Source of the DNA: Andalucia godoyi And28
Taxonomy: Eukaryota; Protista; Jakobida
DNA: 26,533 bases
Reading direction: 5' to 3'
Assembly: GCA_009859145.1 (NCBI GenBank)
Contig: VRVR01000031.1
Coordinates: 276,983-303,515, forward strand
Shown: piece after piece, positions 9,117-20,003 of the stretch
Layout: each line of letters starts with the position of its first letter
How positions within the stretch are numbered: position 1 is the first letter of the stretch
The notes under the pieces: generated by a model
The model's input: only the letters and a program-made list of their open reading frames with translations
What the model was told of the DNA's origin: nothing
Databases searched by the model: none
Program-made: the position numbers and the translations under genes

Positions 9117-10520
9117 ATGACGACCGAGAAACAACAGGCCTCGATCATTTCGTGTTTTGGCAGTCGATCTTCCAGCATAGAGACCACGGCTGGCACTCTG
9201 GAGCACACATGGGACAATGTGTTTTCCAACCTGCCCTGGTCGCTCCGTTCCTACTTGAGGATCGCCATCTTGTGGTGGTATCGTCCGTTCAAGAAGGGCG
9301 CTGGTAACAGAGTGGATTCGTCGATGTGGGGGTCTCTTGGCAGGTTTCTGTTTCTTGTATTCTGGACTGGAGTTGTGTGGTTGATGCAGGTCTACATTGT
9401 ACCTGTTTATGGTTGTAACATGGAAGGAGCAACAAGCGGATATTTATGGTTCAATTTGGGCGTGTTGTTTGGCGGTGTGTGTGTTTGTTTAGCCACATTT
9501 TCCGTTTTTTTCCCGGTTTGGATGTTTTGTTTTCGGATTCCCAAAGAGTTCACGGATGATGATACTCTGATCAAAAAGTATGGTGCTCGTCTGACCGGCA
9601 TTCCATTATTTTGGCGCGTGGAGATGGCGGCGATGATGACTCGCAATTCCACTTTTGATTCTAAAAGGAAACTTCGCGCTTGTAGTGCGTCGGGGATCAC
9701 CCGAATATGCCTGCATATCATTCTCCTTGGGCATTTTGGTATTATCATGGGCGGCATGGTGGTCGGAGCCATTGTGTACGACGGAGATCACAAGGACTGT
9801 GTTATCTCTTCCCGTGTAACGCTTTATTTTCTCATGTACTGGCTAGTTGGCCTACCCTGGGTGATGGTAGCAGTGTGTTTCATCTGGTCCATTTTCTCTT
9901 TGTGCATGTTTATCATCGATTTTGGAACTCGCCTCACAGACGCATTACGCTCTTTTGATGCTACAGCCATTTCCGTTCATGAACGCAGTGCTTTCTCGCA
10001 GTTGAACTCTGAATGGCATGTTTTGTTGAAAACTGCGTCGGATTTGTCTTTAATCTGGTCTCCTTTGACGTGCATTACGTTCTTGGCAGGTTCAGCAATT
10101 TTGTTGTTTAATGTGATTATTGCTTTGGAAAACAAACCGAACAATCTTCTTGACTTGTGGCTGAGTGCCATAATTGCCGTTGGCATGATTCTGGCACTTT
10201 TCCTCTTGGCCTTGCCCCATTCCACAGCGGAAAGAGCAAGAGAGGCTGCAATATCCAATACCCATTTCAAATTGCTTTCAAAGGATGTTGAGAGATACCC
10301 TTCAAAATCTTCCAGCCCGATTCATCCGGGGCCAGACTTCAAATCGAATGTCTGCAGCGTTGACGAATCTGTTGAAGAAGTCAAACGACTTCTGAAAGAC
10401 AATCCTTTGTACATGTCACTTGCTGGGCATTCCATTACATTGAAACGCGTTGGGACCATTTTTGTGGGCTTATTGACTCTCTTTGTATCCTTCTTGGCTC
10501 TTCAAGGACTACGGCTATAA
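9117..10520 (+). CDS. Gustatory-receptor-like 7TM protein (probable 7TM ion channel/GRL superfamily), paralogue A
   Basis: Intact 467-aa ORF with no signal peptide, a short pre-TM1 helix and seven hydrophobic segments. A long helix follows TM4, and the split terminal TM7 ends MSLAGHSITLKRVGTIFVGLLTLFVSFLALQG, resembling the GR/OR TM7 layout with a terminal Gln. Confidence 0.7.
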   Translation: MTTEKQQASIISCFGSRSSSIETTAGTLEHTWDNVFSNLPWSLRSYLRIAILWWYRPFKKGAGNRVDSSMWGSLGRFLFLVFWTGVVWLMQVYIVPVYGCNMEGATSGYLWFNLGVLFGGVCVCLATFSVFFPVWMFCFRIPKEFTDDDTLIKKYGARLTGIPLFWRVEMAAMMTRNSTFDSKRKLRACSASGITRICLHIILLGHFGIIMGGMVVGAIVYDGDHKDCVISSRVTLYFLMYWLVGLPWVMVAVCFIWSIFSLCMFIIDFGTRLTDALRSFDATAISVHERSAFSQLNSEWHVLLKTASDLSLIWSPLTCITFLAGSAILLFNVIIALENKPNNLLDLWLSAIIAVGMILALFLLALPHSTAERAREAAISNTHFKLLSKDVERYPSKSSSPIHPGPDFKSNVCSVDESVEEVKRLLKDNPLYMSLAGHSITLKRVGTIFVGLLTLFVSFLALQGLRL

Positions 10521-10976
10521 TCTCTCATGCCATCAGGTCAGTTCATCTCATCTTATTGAATGGAGAGCAACGTGCATGATTGCATTGGAGTTGTGTGACT
10601 GCCCTTTCCCTTTTGGCCATTTCCTCATTGGAGCAGGCTTCATTGTATTAAAGCCGGATGGCTTTCACATCAGCAACACAGCTTTTTGTCGACGGATATT
10701 GGACGCATTTGCATTTGTGGAACACAACAGACGCACTGCGATCCTTGGTTAGCCGTCCGCAAATTATGTACGGAACGACGAACGGACTGTGTTAGAAACT
10801 TTGTGCGGCATTTCGATTGGCAAGCACCAGCGATTCGTAACCAGAACAACATGCGAAGCCCTGCTTTTTGCATTCAATCTAGGATCTTGCCTCTATTAAA
10901 AGTTGCGCTTCTTGAATCAGTTTTTTTTTCCCAGGGTTTTACGTCAACTGGGTTTGCGAATGAGTGGTTCTCGTTA

Positions 10977-12398
10977 TCAAACTTTCACTCCCTGAAGTGC
11001 CAATATGGAAATCAGCAGTGTTAACGTTCCGATAAGGATAGATGCCACCTTTCTCAACGTCATGGAATAGCCTGCAAGTGACAGACTGATGGGATGATTT
11101 TGTGCGAACGATCTGATTTCCTCCAGCCAGAGATCCTGACGCTTCTTCAAAGACTTGTCATGCTTTTTGTGTCTCAACTTTTTTTCATCTTGAACGATGA
11201 ACTTGAGGTCATTGGCGTTGACGACATTCTCGAACACTCTCGTTGCAACGGCGTGCGGCATCGCTAATACGAAGAGAGCGCCTATCATCCCTCCAGCAAT
11301 GAGAAAACTCAGTCCCAGATTGATGAAGATATCGGCATTGCTCTTGAGAGTGGAAATCAAATTGAAGAGTAAGATCACGAAAACCGCAAGGAACGTCAGA
11401 CATGTCAACGGAGACCAAGTTCTTGACAAACGAGCTGCCGTGTTAGACATGATGTGCCATTCGATCTTTAGTTCCGACGGGAATTCGAAGTTGTTTTCGA
11501 AACACTTCAAGGACCCGCGAAGACGCCTCCCGAAATGAATTATTAGAAGGCACAAACTGAGAACAGACCAGAAGAAAGACAAAGCTGTCATGACCCACGG
11601 AAGACTAACAAACCAGTACATGGCAAAATGCGCTGTCATGCCGACCGCAATCAGACAGTCATTGCCTTGCCCTTGATACCCAAATGCACCAATCGCGGCA
11701 CCGAGTATGCAACATCCAATGTGTCCCAAGAAAAAAATCCATGACAACGTTGCGATAATGCAATGTCGGCTGACTTTTTCAAACACCTTGTGACCTTTAG
11801 TTGACGACATCAGCGTGTGATCATTTTCGTTCCCTGCTACCTCAAGTGACCAAAACAATGGGCAAGCTTAAAACGGATATTCTGTGGTCAGCAGCCTTTC
11901 ACTGAGAACACGATCTGGTATTTGTCCCCAGAGCCTCCAAACAGGAAGAAAGATCGAAATCACACCTAAACACAAGCAGCCGCCAAAATACCAAAACAAA
12001 AGATTGAACAGTAGATAGCTATCATCCAACCTTTCAGCACTGCAAAAGTATTTTGGTGCGACAACGGCGTACACTATCCAAACGATTCCGGTTGCAATCC
12101 AATAAATCACAAACTGCAAGAATGCACAATACCATCGCCCATGGATCCGTGGACATTTCTCGACATTTTCAATATAGAACGACGACAAACTCCACCGGAA
12201 CGACGATATATTCCACCCAAACATCGTGATACGAAGGAAAAGTCTCAATATCCATGGTGTTTCCTTGAATGCACCATCCCACAGTCGTTGGAGATTCGAG
12301 ACATTAGTCGGGATTCTGTGGAGATCGGATGGCACTGGAGATCCGGGACTGGAAATTTCAAATGTGAACTCAGCAAAACATCCATTCATCATGACCAC
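10977..12398 (-). CDS. Gustatory-receptor-like 7TM protein, paralogue B, interrupted by an in-frame TAA at 11868-11870
   Basis: ORFs 11868-12398 and 10977-11858 are in the same frame (EYPF*ACPLFW) and give 473 codons collinear with paralogue A. Shared blocks include PWxLRxxLRI, YLxFNL, PLFW, MYWxVxLPWVM, WSPLTCxTFLA and SLAGxSxTL...LALQG. Confidence 0.75.
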
Positions 12399-13363
12399 CT
12401 TCTGAATAGTTAACGGTGCAGATCGAAGGTGATGAGCATCAAAGAAGAAATTTTAATGAGTTGCCAGCATGGCTTGCAAACTGGAGAAATGAGGAGAGAA
12501 CAATCGTTCCCCGTTGGAAGCTGCGATTGATGCACGATCGACGACGAATTGCGATGGCTCCTGTATCAGGGGCGGGACAGGGTGACAAGCTGTGGTCCAA
12601 GCAGCTGGTAGCCCCAGGGTCAGCGGTAGGGGGTGTGGGCCAGCAGACAAACGGAGAGATCAGGGAACTCCGGAAACGAAGAATTGCTTGTACCGTAAAA
12701 TGCAGTCCCTGCTTAGACAAGGAAGACGTGCAAGATGTTTGCTTGTGCTGGAGGAAACCTCCTCTGCAGGCAGTCGAAGCAAAATCCAATTCCTTGCCAT
12801 TGTTTTGTTCGTTCTCGCTCTTCCTCTCTGCATTTAAATGGATGTTACAACCGATGGCGCGTTGGGCAATCATTTACCAAAATGCCAAGCAGCAAGTTTC
12901 TCCAGAAGTGAAACCACTGAGGAGTGGGCAGTGAATGGCTAACGTTCCTCTCAGTTCGCACCACGGTTGCATTTTAGTTCTCCGAGAGAATCTCTTGATC
13001 AGCAGCGGCTTTGAATGAGTGCGAGACTCGACGAAATGCTCATGCTGACGAATCATGAACGTGAAGATATAGGACAGGAAATCTCTCGTGCTGGCGCGCG
13101 TGTCTCCCGAGTCGTCTCAATGATCATGTCTCTCCGGAAGTGCCACTTGCGGAATGAATGTAGTAGTGTATTTGCATATGTGTTGTCCACTGCAACGGTT
13201 CAAAGGAAAAAATAGGAAAAAACAAACAAAAAAAAAGGATCCGATTGTTTTCCAACCTGGTTTTACCGGGTAATGCAAATAAAAAACGAAAACAAGGGGT
13301 CAACCGAGGGTATTTTTGAGACAACAAACGAAGTGGAAAGGAGCATAGCCACCAATGATATTT

Positions 13364-15577
13364 CTACTCACTTTTCAAGGATAGTTCCCATCCATCGGGA
13401 ACTGGAGTGAGAGAAACAAAGCGCTCGTTAGCAGGGTCCATAAGAGAATCGAAAATAGCCGGCATAAGCAGCGGGAACCTGGGCAGTAGACGTTGACCGA
13501 GATCATGAGCAATCGTTTCCGGAGAAAACCCTGGCAACTGGTTCATCGACTCCGACATGTGCACAACCATGTTTCGGATTTGTCGAAGCAATATGGAAAC
13601 TGTTGTTCGAGTGGAAGGTTGGAACCTCGGATTCTTCTTCCAAACCGACGTCAAAATTGACTTTGTAGTGTCATCAAACTCGCTCAACCAGTCTCCAGCA
13701 CAATGATGTAGCACGGATGGAGTCCGTTTTTCAACATGTTCTACAATGCGCAGCGCACTCGGTACGTTATCATTGTAACAATCAACCAACACTCGAATGT
13801 TACTGACCATGCGCTTCCAACTCCACGTCGCAGGATGTTTACAAGCCTCGAAGCTGCGAATGCGCAACGTTGGCTCAATTCGCAGAAGGCGGCGTAACAA
13901 GTCAAACATCACTGAAGCCTGTAAGCGAATGTCAATGTGGCGGGTCAGCAGACCAACGACTTTTTCATCGCCACGTGAATGGCCATCTCCACTCAGCGAA
14001 CTTGTATTCGCAACGTCGAGAACGTCTTGGTGTCGGTCGAATAAATGAGTGCCGCCCATCAACACAAAATACAAAACGCACCCAACGGACCACATATCCG
14101 CAGATACTTCGTATTTTCCCTTCAAATCAATCTCGGGAGCACGGTACAAATCTGTTCCAATAACTGTTTGCATTTCACCACGAGTCCCGGGGCAGTCAAT
14201 GATCTTGGAAAAGCCAAAATCACACAGTTTAAGGAGAGGCCGATCATCATCCGCTCGCTGAAAAGACACCAAAATATTGTCAGGTTTGATGTCTCTGTGA
14301 GAGATGTGTGCCCGGTGACAAGCATCGACTGCAGCCAGGATTTGTGAGGTGATCGAACGAACATGAGCGTCATCGAGCAGACGAACCGATGGAGAAGGCA
14401 AGGAGGGTGAATTGTCGGGACGAGGAACATCGGGTGAGCTGTTTGCAAGTCCGCCAAACTGATCCATCGTTGACCGAGAGTGGGTATCGACTACATATTG
14501 ACTGAGAGGCTGCTTGCAAAGTTCCATCAAAAGGCAAAAATATGTGTTCGGTCCGATTCGCAGCTTTGTGGGAGAGCTCTCAATCCGTACCACATGTGGA
14601 GTTTCTTCACAAAGCTTGCGAATTGACATAATCTCTCGCTGCAATTTTTGAAGATCCTTCGCAACTTGTTCTCGTTTTGCTGTGAAAGATTGTTCCCACA
14701 TTTTAATCGCCATGGGACGCGGAGAAGAAAACAATGGTGACGTGAGACTGCAACGCCAAACTTTCGACAGATTTGTGTGGGCAATGCAATTTGCACGAGT
14801 GAACGTAATATTCAACTGCAATTCAAAGACGTCATTCTCTCCACGGGACATGGAGTACACAAAAGGCTGTGCATCGTGATCATCGACGTCCTCATCGCTG
14901 CGCTTGGCATTCATGTCCCCATCTCTTGGCGGTGGCATAATGTTGGAGGATGAATTCATTTCTGAAGCGGCAACATTGTTCGTAGAGTTGGTCATAGACA
15001 ATGGTGAAGAAATTGATCCAGTTGAACCAGTAGCGCATAAAGGCGGACGTATCGTCGGAGAAGCACTAACTTGTCGAGCAGGGGACATCTGCGAAGAAGT
15101 TGGGGCTCGAAAGATTGCAACGAATCTTTCAGATCTGATTGCTTCCAGTATATGTTCCAAACGAAAACCGTTGTTTTCCATCAATTCGAACTGTTGTTTC
15201 AGTAATGCATGTTCTCCGCATTGCAGTAGCATTGTTCCATCAGTGCGCTTGCTATGCATACCGTGGTCGAGGCTGCCGCAAACCATGCACATGTGTTCAT
15301 ACGTACATTCGACGTCTCCGCATCCGAAGCCCTTCTAATGATTGAAACGCAGACACAAGGGTCTTGTTCCAGTATCTTGGTAAACACAACACAACGGAAT
15401 AACCCATACTGGCATGTCAATTCGAGTACCCTTCCATGAATTCTGCAGTTTGCGGATTTCCCGCGAGGACACACTCCGGCAGCGGCTAGCAAAGACAAGA
15501 AGATTAGGGAATCTTCCTGACTGCAACTCGGTTAACACTCTCTCCACTTGTGAGGCAGTAGACGACGCTGCAGACAT
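13364..15577 (-). CDS. Zinc finger (CCCH + CCHC-like), Ser/Thr kinase and KEN ribonuclease (IRE1/RNase L-like) protein, with an in-frame TAG at 15335-15337
   Basis: Kinase motifs: MAIK, LQREI, HRDIKPDN, DFG, GTDLYRAPE, DMWSVG. KEN signature: WSWKRMVS...DWLSEFD...LLRQIRNMVVH. ORF 15335-15577 is in frame with 13364-15292, giving LCLRFNH*KGFGCGDVECTYEHMCMVCGSLDH across the stop. Confidence 0.85.
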
Positions 15578-16056
15578 TTCAAAGCTTCACAAGACATGCA
15601 CTACGTCAACTTACAAAGCCAAATGAGAAAAGTCAGATCCGTGGAATGTGGATCTTGAAAAGAGAGAGAAGTAAAGGACAGACAAAAGCAGCGTGTCCCC
15701 GATTCCACACTGGGCTTTTTGTGAGTCACAAGTCACGACCAAAAGTCTTTTCCAGCAAGATGACTGCTCATTGCATTTTTTGTTTGCAAAGACAAGGATT
15801 TCCTCATCTGGTTTGCAGATTGCCGCGTCTGCTTGCACAGGCTGCTCACTCAAAAGTCTGAATTCCGCGAATTGATGATGCGCTTTCCACAACCTCCCGT
15901 CATGCTCTCTCAATTTTCACCGAGCAATCTCGGGCCAGAACTTCTTCACAAGGTTGATAGATCTTTGACTATCCGTCACCTTTCCAACCACCACTTTCAC
16001 TTTGATTTCATTGGCCATCGAATTCGTACCGCTACCTCTTTCCTCCATCTGCGAAC

Positions 16057-19000
16057 ATGTCGGATCCAGCGATGCTGAGCCCGGCTTCGGCTGCGTCAGA
16101 TACCTTTTCGCGGCTGCTGTCCCTGTCCAAACTGCTCCCGCAGATTTTGGCTTGTACGCGTCACGATGAAGTCGTCACGAATTCACTTCGCCGCGATGTC
16201 CTCATCCCCCTCGACAATCTTCTCAATGGACAGAGTGCCGGTGTTGCGTTTTTCGGCATCACGAATGCGGGAAAGAGCTTCCTGCTCAACGCGCTGTTTG
16301 GTGAACCGAAACTCTTGCCAATCTCAGACGACCGGTCGGCAACCACGCACGTACCCGTCGCACTGTTTCGGCAGGAAATCCTTGATTCGCAGGGGAAAGT
16401 TTCGGAAAAGTACTTTCTCGAACTCGATTTCTTCTCGGTCGATCAAGTCATGAAGGATTTGCTTTTGGCCGCTCGTGTCGTTCTCACCAAGGAGCTGAAC
16501 GAGTATGTTAAGAAACAGATTCGTGGTTCTGCATATTCTGAAACGTCGGCTTGGAAGAGCTGGGGAGAATCCGACTTTCAGGACGCAGATGGAAAGCCGA
16601 TCCTGAACTTCCATGTCGATGCCGATTATCTTCGGGGTCTGCTGCGCCGTCTTCTGGGCAATTCCTGGCAGGATGTCGTATTTGGATCGCTGTGCGACGA
16701 CGACTGCGAAGTACCTACTTTTCCGCAGTTGCAGCGGCAAGTCGACGTCTTCCAGCATCAACGAGCTTACAAGTACCGCGATGGGCTGGCCATTGAATCC
16801 GTAACTGCTGTCCTTGCAGAGCTTGTGCGCGGTGAGAACAGCGAGTATTCCAGAAACGTGCCTATCGAAGCGTTGTTCCTGCAAAAGATTACGGTGCGCG
16901 GGAGATTTGACAGAGCACTCGTTCCTCATGGAATGTGCCTGATTGACATGCCTGGTACCGGAGACAAGCACTTTCTGGGCCACTATGCGATTGCGAATGT
17001 TCTTCGTACGGTTCATCGTGCGGCGTTTGTCATGAAGTATTCGCAGTCTTCGGACGATGTTCACATTTCATCGCTCGTGGAGTTCCTTCGACGGCCAGAT
17101 CGTTCCGATTTACTTGCGAATTTAGTTGTCGTCAAAGTGCTGGAGCGTTCAGAAGTACCTGACAATGACATTGACCCGGTGGAACAGAATTTCAGAGCCG
17201 AGTTTTGCCGCAGACTCGGAGTTCAGCTTGATGAAAGCTTGTTTTGCACTGTGAATGCGCTATTTCACCTTGTAGACAAAGAGCTGGTGTCCGAAGGAGG
17301 GGCTATCACAAAGTCTGTTCTCGCTCGAGTTCGTCGACTTCTTGAGGAGAACGACGACCATATCCGTGGTGTCGCTGGTATGGTGCCTCTGATGAGTGCG
17401 CTAAACTCTTCGTTCAATCCGAGGTTAAGGGAGATTCTTGAGTACTGCGAGCGAGCTGTCACCAAGTTGCAGTCGTTGATGCGGGTGTTCAAGAAGCTGG
17501 ATTCCAAGAAAGATGTCAAATTTCGTGCTTCTTTGATGGAATTGCAAAACAGTGCAAGAGCACGTTTATGCGCCAAGTTGGAAAACCTGTTTGTTAGTCA
17601 TTGTGAACACATTTTCTCCACAATATTGAAATACGATCCTTCGTCGGAGACTTCCATTCAAAAAACTTGGACGGCCATCTTTGCAATGCCCGGATTTATG
17701 GAAATGCTGTTTCGAGGAACTTCCGATCAACTCTCATCTTTGGTCGAGAATGTTGTCTTGAATTATAAGGAATTTTCTCGAGAGGGTTTTACATCCCTTC
17801 AAACATGGTTATCTTCCCAGTTTCGGGAACGAGTAGTTTTCTCTCCAAATTTCGATGATGAGATTACAAGTGACGCATATCTCGGGATGTCTTTGCATGT
17901 AGCGCAGGTTATCGACGATGTCATTGTCACCGCTCGCCAATCCGTTCAACAGAGATTCAAGTCTGATCCTCAGGCTGATCGTCCTGAAACCCGTCTGATT
18001 AGGGTTCAGAGATTTATGGATGCGTTGTTCAGACCCCCATCCATTCCTTTTTCGCGAATTCTTCAAGATCAAATTGAGGACCCGTTTACAGATCCGTCCT
18101 TCAGGGTGTTGTTTTCTCTGGAATCTGTTGTTCCGGATCTCAACAATTTAGCAGAAGTTCTTTCGAAGTTATTGGATTTTAAAGAGCCGCTGGTGGAATG
18201 GGAGGCGTCTTTGAAGCGAGCAATGCAACGTATCAAACCTGGTTGTCTAGTTTTGGACTCGGATTGGGAAAAGTGTCACCGATTTGGTCGTTCGATATTG
18301 GCATTCCGCGGTCCGAGTCACAAGAAGGTTTATTCTTCGTACGTTTTATTGCGGCATTTGCTGAAACTGGACTTGGGATTCGAACAATACCGTTCCTATT
18401 TTTTGCCAGCCGAGGAACTGCGCAGAATCCCGTCCATATCCGCAACTGATGAAGATTACATACTACGCGAGCGTATGTTGGGGCTCGAAAAAGAGAATTC
18501 CGGCGTCGTCCCATCGGATCGTTTGTTGGTTGCTCATGACGGTTCATCTCTTACAGTTCGGCCTTCGTCATTAATCACAAACGTATCCTATCTTGAGGAT
18601 TTTTTGATTGAGCATGGCCATTATTTCAAAGTCGGTAATGCGGACATTCTTGTTCGTTCCTTTGATTTCAACAAAGACGGAACTCTGTGTCTCCAGTGTC
18701 TGACTCCGTTCATTGCGAAAGAGTCTGGCGTAGCGCTGTTGAATTCAATGTGCGTCAGTTTTAAGGAGCTGTATGGAATTGAACTGATGAGTTACTCGAA
18801 GACGGGGAGATTCGGCATCAATATTCCCGTGGTTTCGGCAAAGTTTGTCCCACAGGCTGTTCATAGCGCAGACAATTCGAGAGAGATTGGAGGATCCATC
18901 GTCAATCATTTTCCGCATTGTGTCCGAATCGATGCTAATTCAGGGGCCGATATTGCGTCGGTGGGGGGTTTTGTGTCGTTGGGTGAAGAGCAGAACGATA

Positions 19001-19947
19001 TCTACGCAGTCACTGCTGGACATGTTCTTCTCCCTTTGGATCGAATATTGGGGCTATCGTCTGCCGTTTCTCGTGTGTTTTCGGTGATGAGAAATGTGAA
19101 TTCATCTACGCCAACACGAGAAGCCAAAGCCGAGTCTTCAAAAGTGCTTATTGCGCAGTGTTGCATCTCTCTTTCCGACGCATTTCATTTCTGCCTGACC
19201 GATCAAAAGGTTCATCTGTATGGCGTGGAACACACTGTCGAAGTGCAAGCATCGTCGGTGAAATCTCATAAGTTGATCCACGACTTTGCATTCATCCCTA
19301 TCCCGATGGAGTATCACGATTTCATCCAGCCGTTTGTGTTCCAAATTCGTGACGTTGAATCCCAAGAAACGGTTTCTGAACCTTATTGGCCATCTGAAAC
19401 TGCTGCAGAGTTGCTGCAACGGGGCTTGCGGTACTTGCAAGAGGATCGCGGATGCAAAGTAGTTTGCTGCAAAAAAGGAATTACGACAGGGACGACTCTT
19501 GCCGTTCTGCAAGTCATCAGCGCAGATGATATCGATCATCCACCGGGCCTGGAATTGTATCCTTTTGTTTCGCCTCCTTGCAAGGCTTGTCGCAAACGTG
19601 AGGATAAGACCAAGGGATATATACCCGCTCCGGGCGACTCGGGTGCGGTGTGGGTTATCGACCGCGTGTTGGATGCGAATTTTCGAAAGAACACCGAGTA
19701 CACGGATTTGCTGCGAGGCGTGATTGTGGGTCTTCATTCGCTTGGTATGGAGGATAAGTTCGTCCAATCTGCCCAAGACGTGCTGGCCTATGCATATCCC
19801 GTGTGGACCATGATCGGAGAAGTCCTTCGCATGCAGAAGCTTTTTGGTGGCCTTACTCAGCCTCGAGAGCTGTGGCCAAAGGGAAACACGGATCCAAACC
19901 TACTGTCGCCACGATCGGCAACAGAAGCTGCCGACGATCCATTCTAA
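16057..19947 (+). CDS. Dynamin-like GTPase fused to a C-terminal trypsin-like (PA clan) serine protease
   Basis: Intact 1296-aa ORF. GTPase motifs: G1 FFGITNAGKSFLLNAL, G2 SATT, G3 LIDMPGTGD, followed by a long helical stalk-like region. Catalytic triad context: VTAGH (His 19021), HDFAFI (Asp 19282), PGDSGA (Ser 19639), then VIVGLH. Confidence 0.85.
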   Translation: MSDPAMLSPASAASDTFSRLLSLSKLLPQILACTRHDEVVTNSLRRDVLIPLDNLLNGQSAGVAFFGITNAGKSFLLNALFGEPKLLPISDDRSATTHVPVALFRQEILDSQGKVSEKYFLELDFFSVDQVMKDLLLAARVVLTKELNEYVKKQIRGSAYSETSAWKSWGESDFQDADGKPILNFHVDADYLRGLLRRLLGNSWQDVVFGSLCDDDCEVPTFPQLQRQVDVFQHQRAYKYRDGLAIESVTAVLAELVRGENSEYSRNVPIEALFLQKITVRGRFDRALVPHGMCLIDMPGTGDKHFLGHYAIANVLRTVHRAAFVMKYSQSSDDVHISSLVEFLRRPDRSDLLANLVVVKVLERSEVPDNDIDPVEQNFRAEFCRRLGVQLDESLFCTVNALFHLVDKELVSEGGAITKSVLARVRRLLEENDDHIRGVAGMVPLMSALNSSFNPRLREILEYCERAVTKLQSLMRVFKKLDSKKDVKFRASLMELQNSARARLCAKLENLFVSHCEHIFSTILKYDPSSETSIQKTWTAIFAMPGFMEMLFRGTSDQLSSLVENVVLNYKEFSREGFTSLQTWLSSQFRERVVFSPNFDDEITSDAYLGMSLHVAQVIDDVIVTARQSVQQRFKSDPQADRPETRLIRVQRFMDALFRPPSIPFSRILQDQIEDPFTDPSFRVLFSLESVVPDLNNLAEVLSKLLDFKEPLVEWEASLKRAMQRIKPGCLVLDSDWEKCHRFGRSILAFRGPSHKKVYSSYVLLRHLLKLDLGFEQYRSYFLPAEELRRIPSISATDEDYILRERMLGLEKENSGVVPSDRLLVAHDGSSLTVRPSSLITNVSYLEDFLIEHGHYFKVGNADILVRSFDFNKDGTLCLQCLTPFIAKESGVALLNSMCVSFKELYGIELMSYSKTGRFGINIPVVSAKFVPQAVHSADNSREIGGSIVNHFPHCVRIDANSGADIASVGGFVSLGEEQNDIYAVTAGHVLLPLDRILGLSSAVSRVFSVMRNVNSSTPTREAKAESSKVLIAQCCISLSDAFHFCLTDQKVHLYGVEHTVEVQASSVKSHKLIHDFAFIPIPMEYHDFIQPFVFQIRDVESQETVSEPYWPSETAAELLQRGLRYLQEDRGCKVVCCKKGITTGTTLAVLQVISADDIDHPPGLELYPFVSPPCKACRKREDKTKGYIPAPGDSGAVWVIDRVLDANFRKNTEYTDLLRGVIVGLHSLGMEDKFVQSAQDVLAYAYPVWTMIGEVLRMQKLFGGLTQPRELWPKGNTDPNLLSPRSATEAADDPF

Positions 19948-20003
19948 GCTTTGTAATCTACACTGTTTTTATTCAGCAATCGCAGAATAGGGGGAAACCC
20001 GGG

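Noticed and set aside
12416-12934. Overlapping 144-aa (-) and 172-aa (+) ORFs between GRL-B and the kinase
   Set aside because: No recognisable motif or homology to other window proteins; cannot be supported as genes.
13200-13320. A-rich low-complexity tract
   Set aside because: Reads as a T-rich region 3' of the kinase gene on the minus strand; no terminator or repeat structure can be supported.
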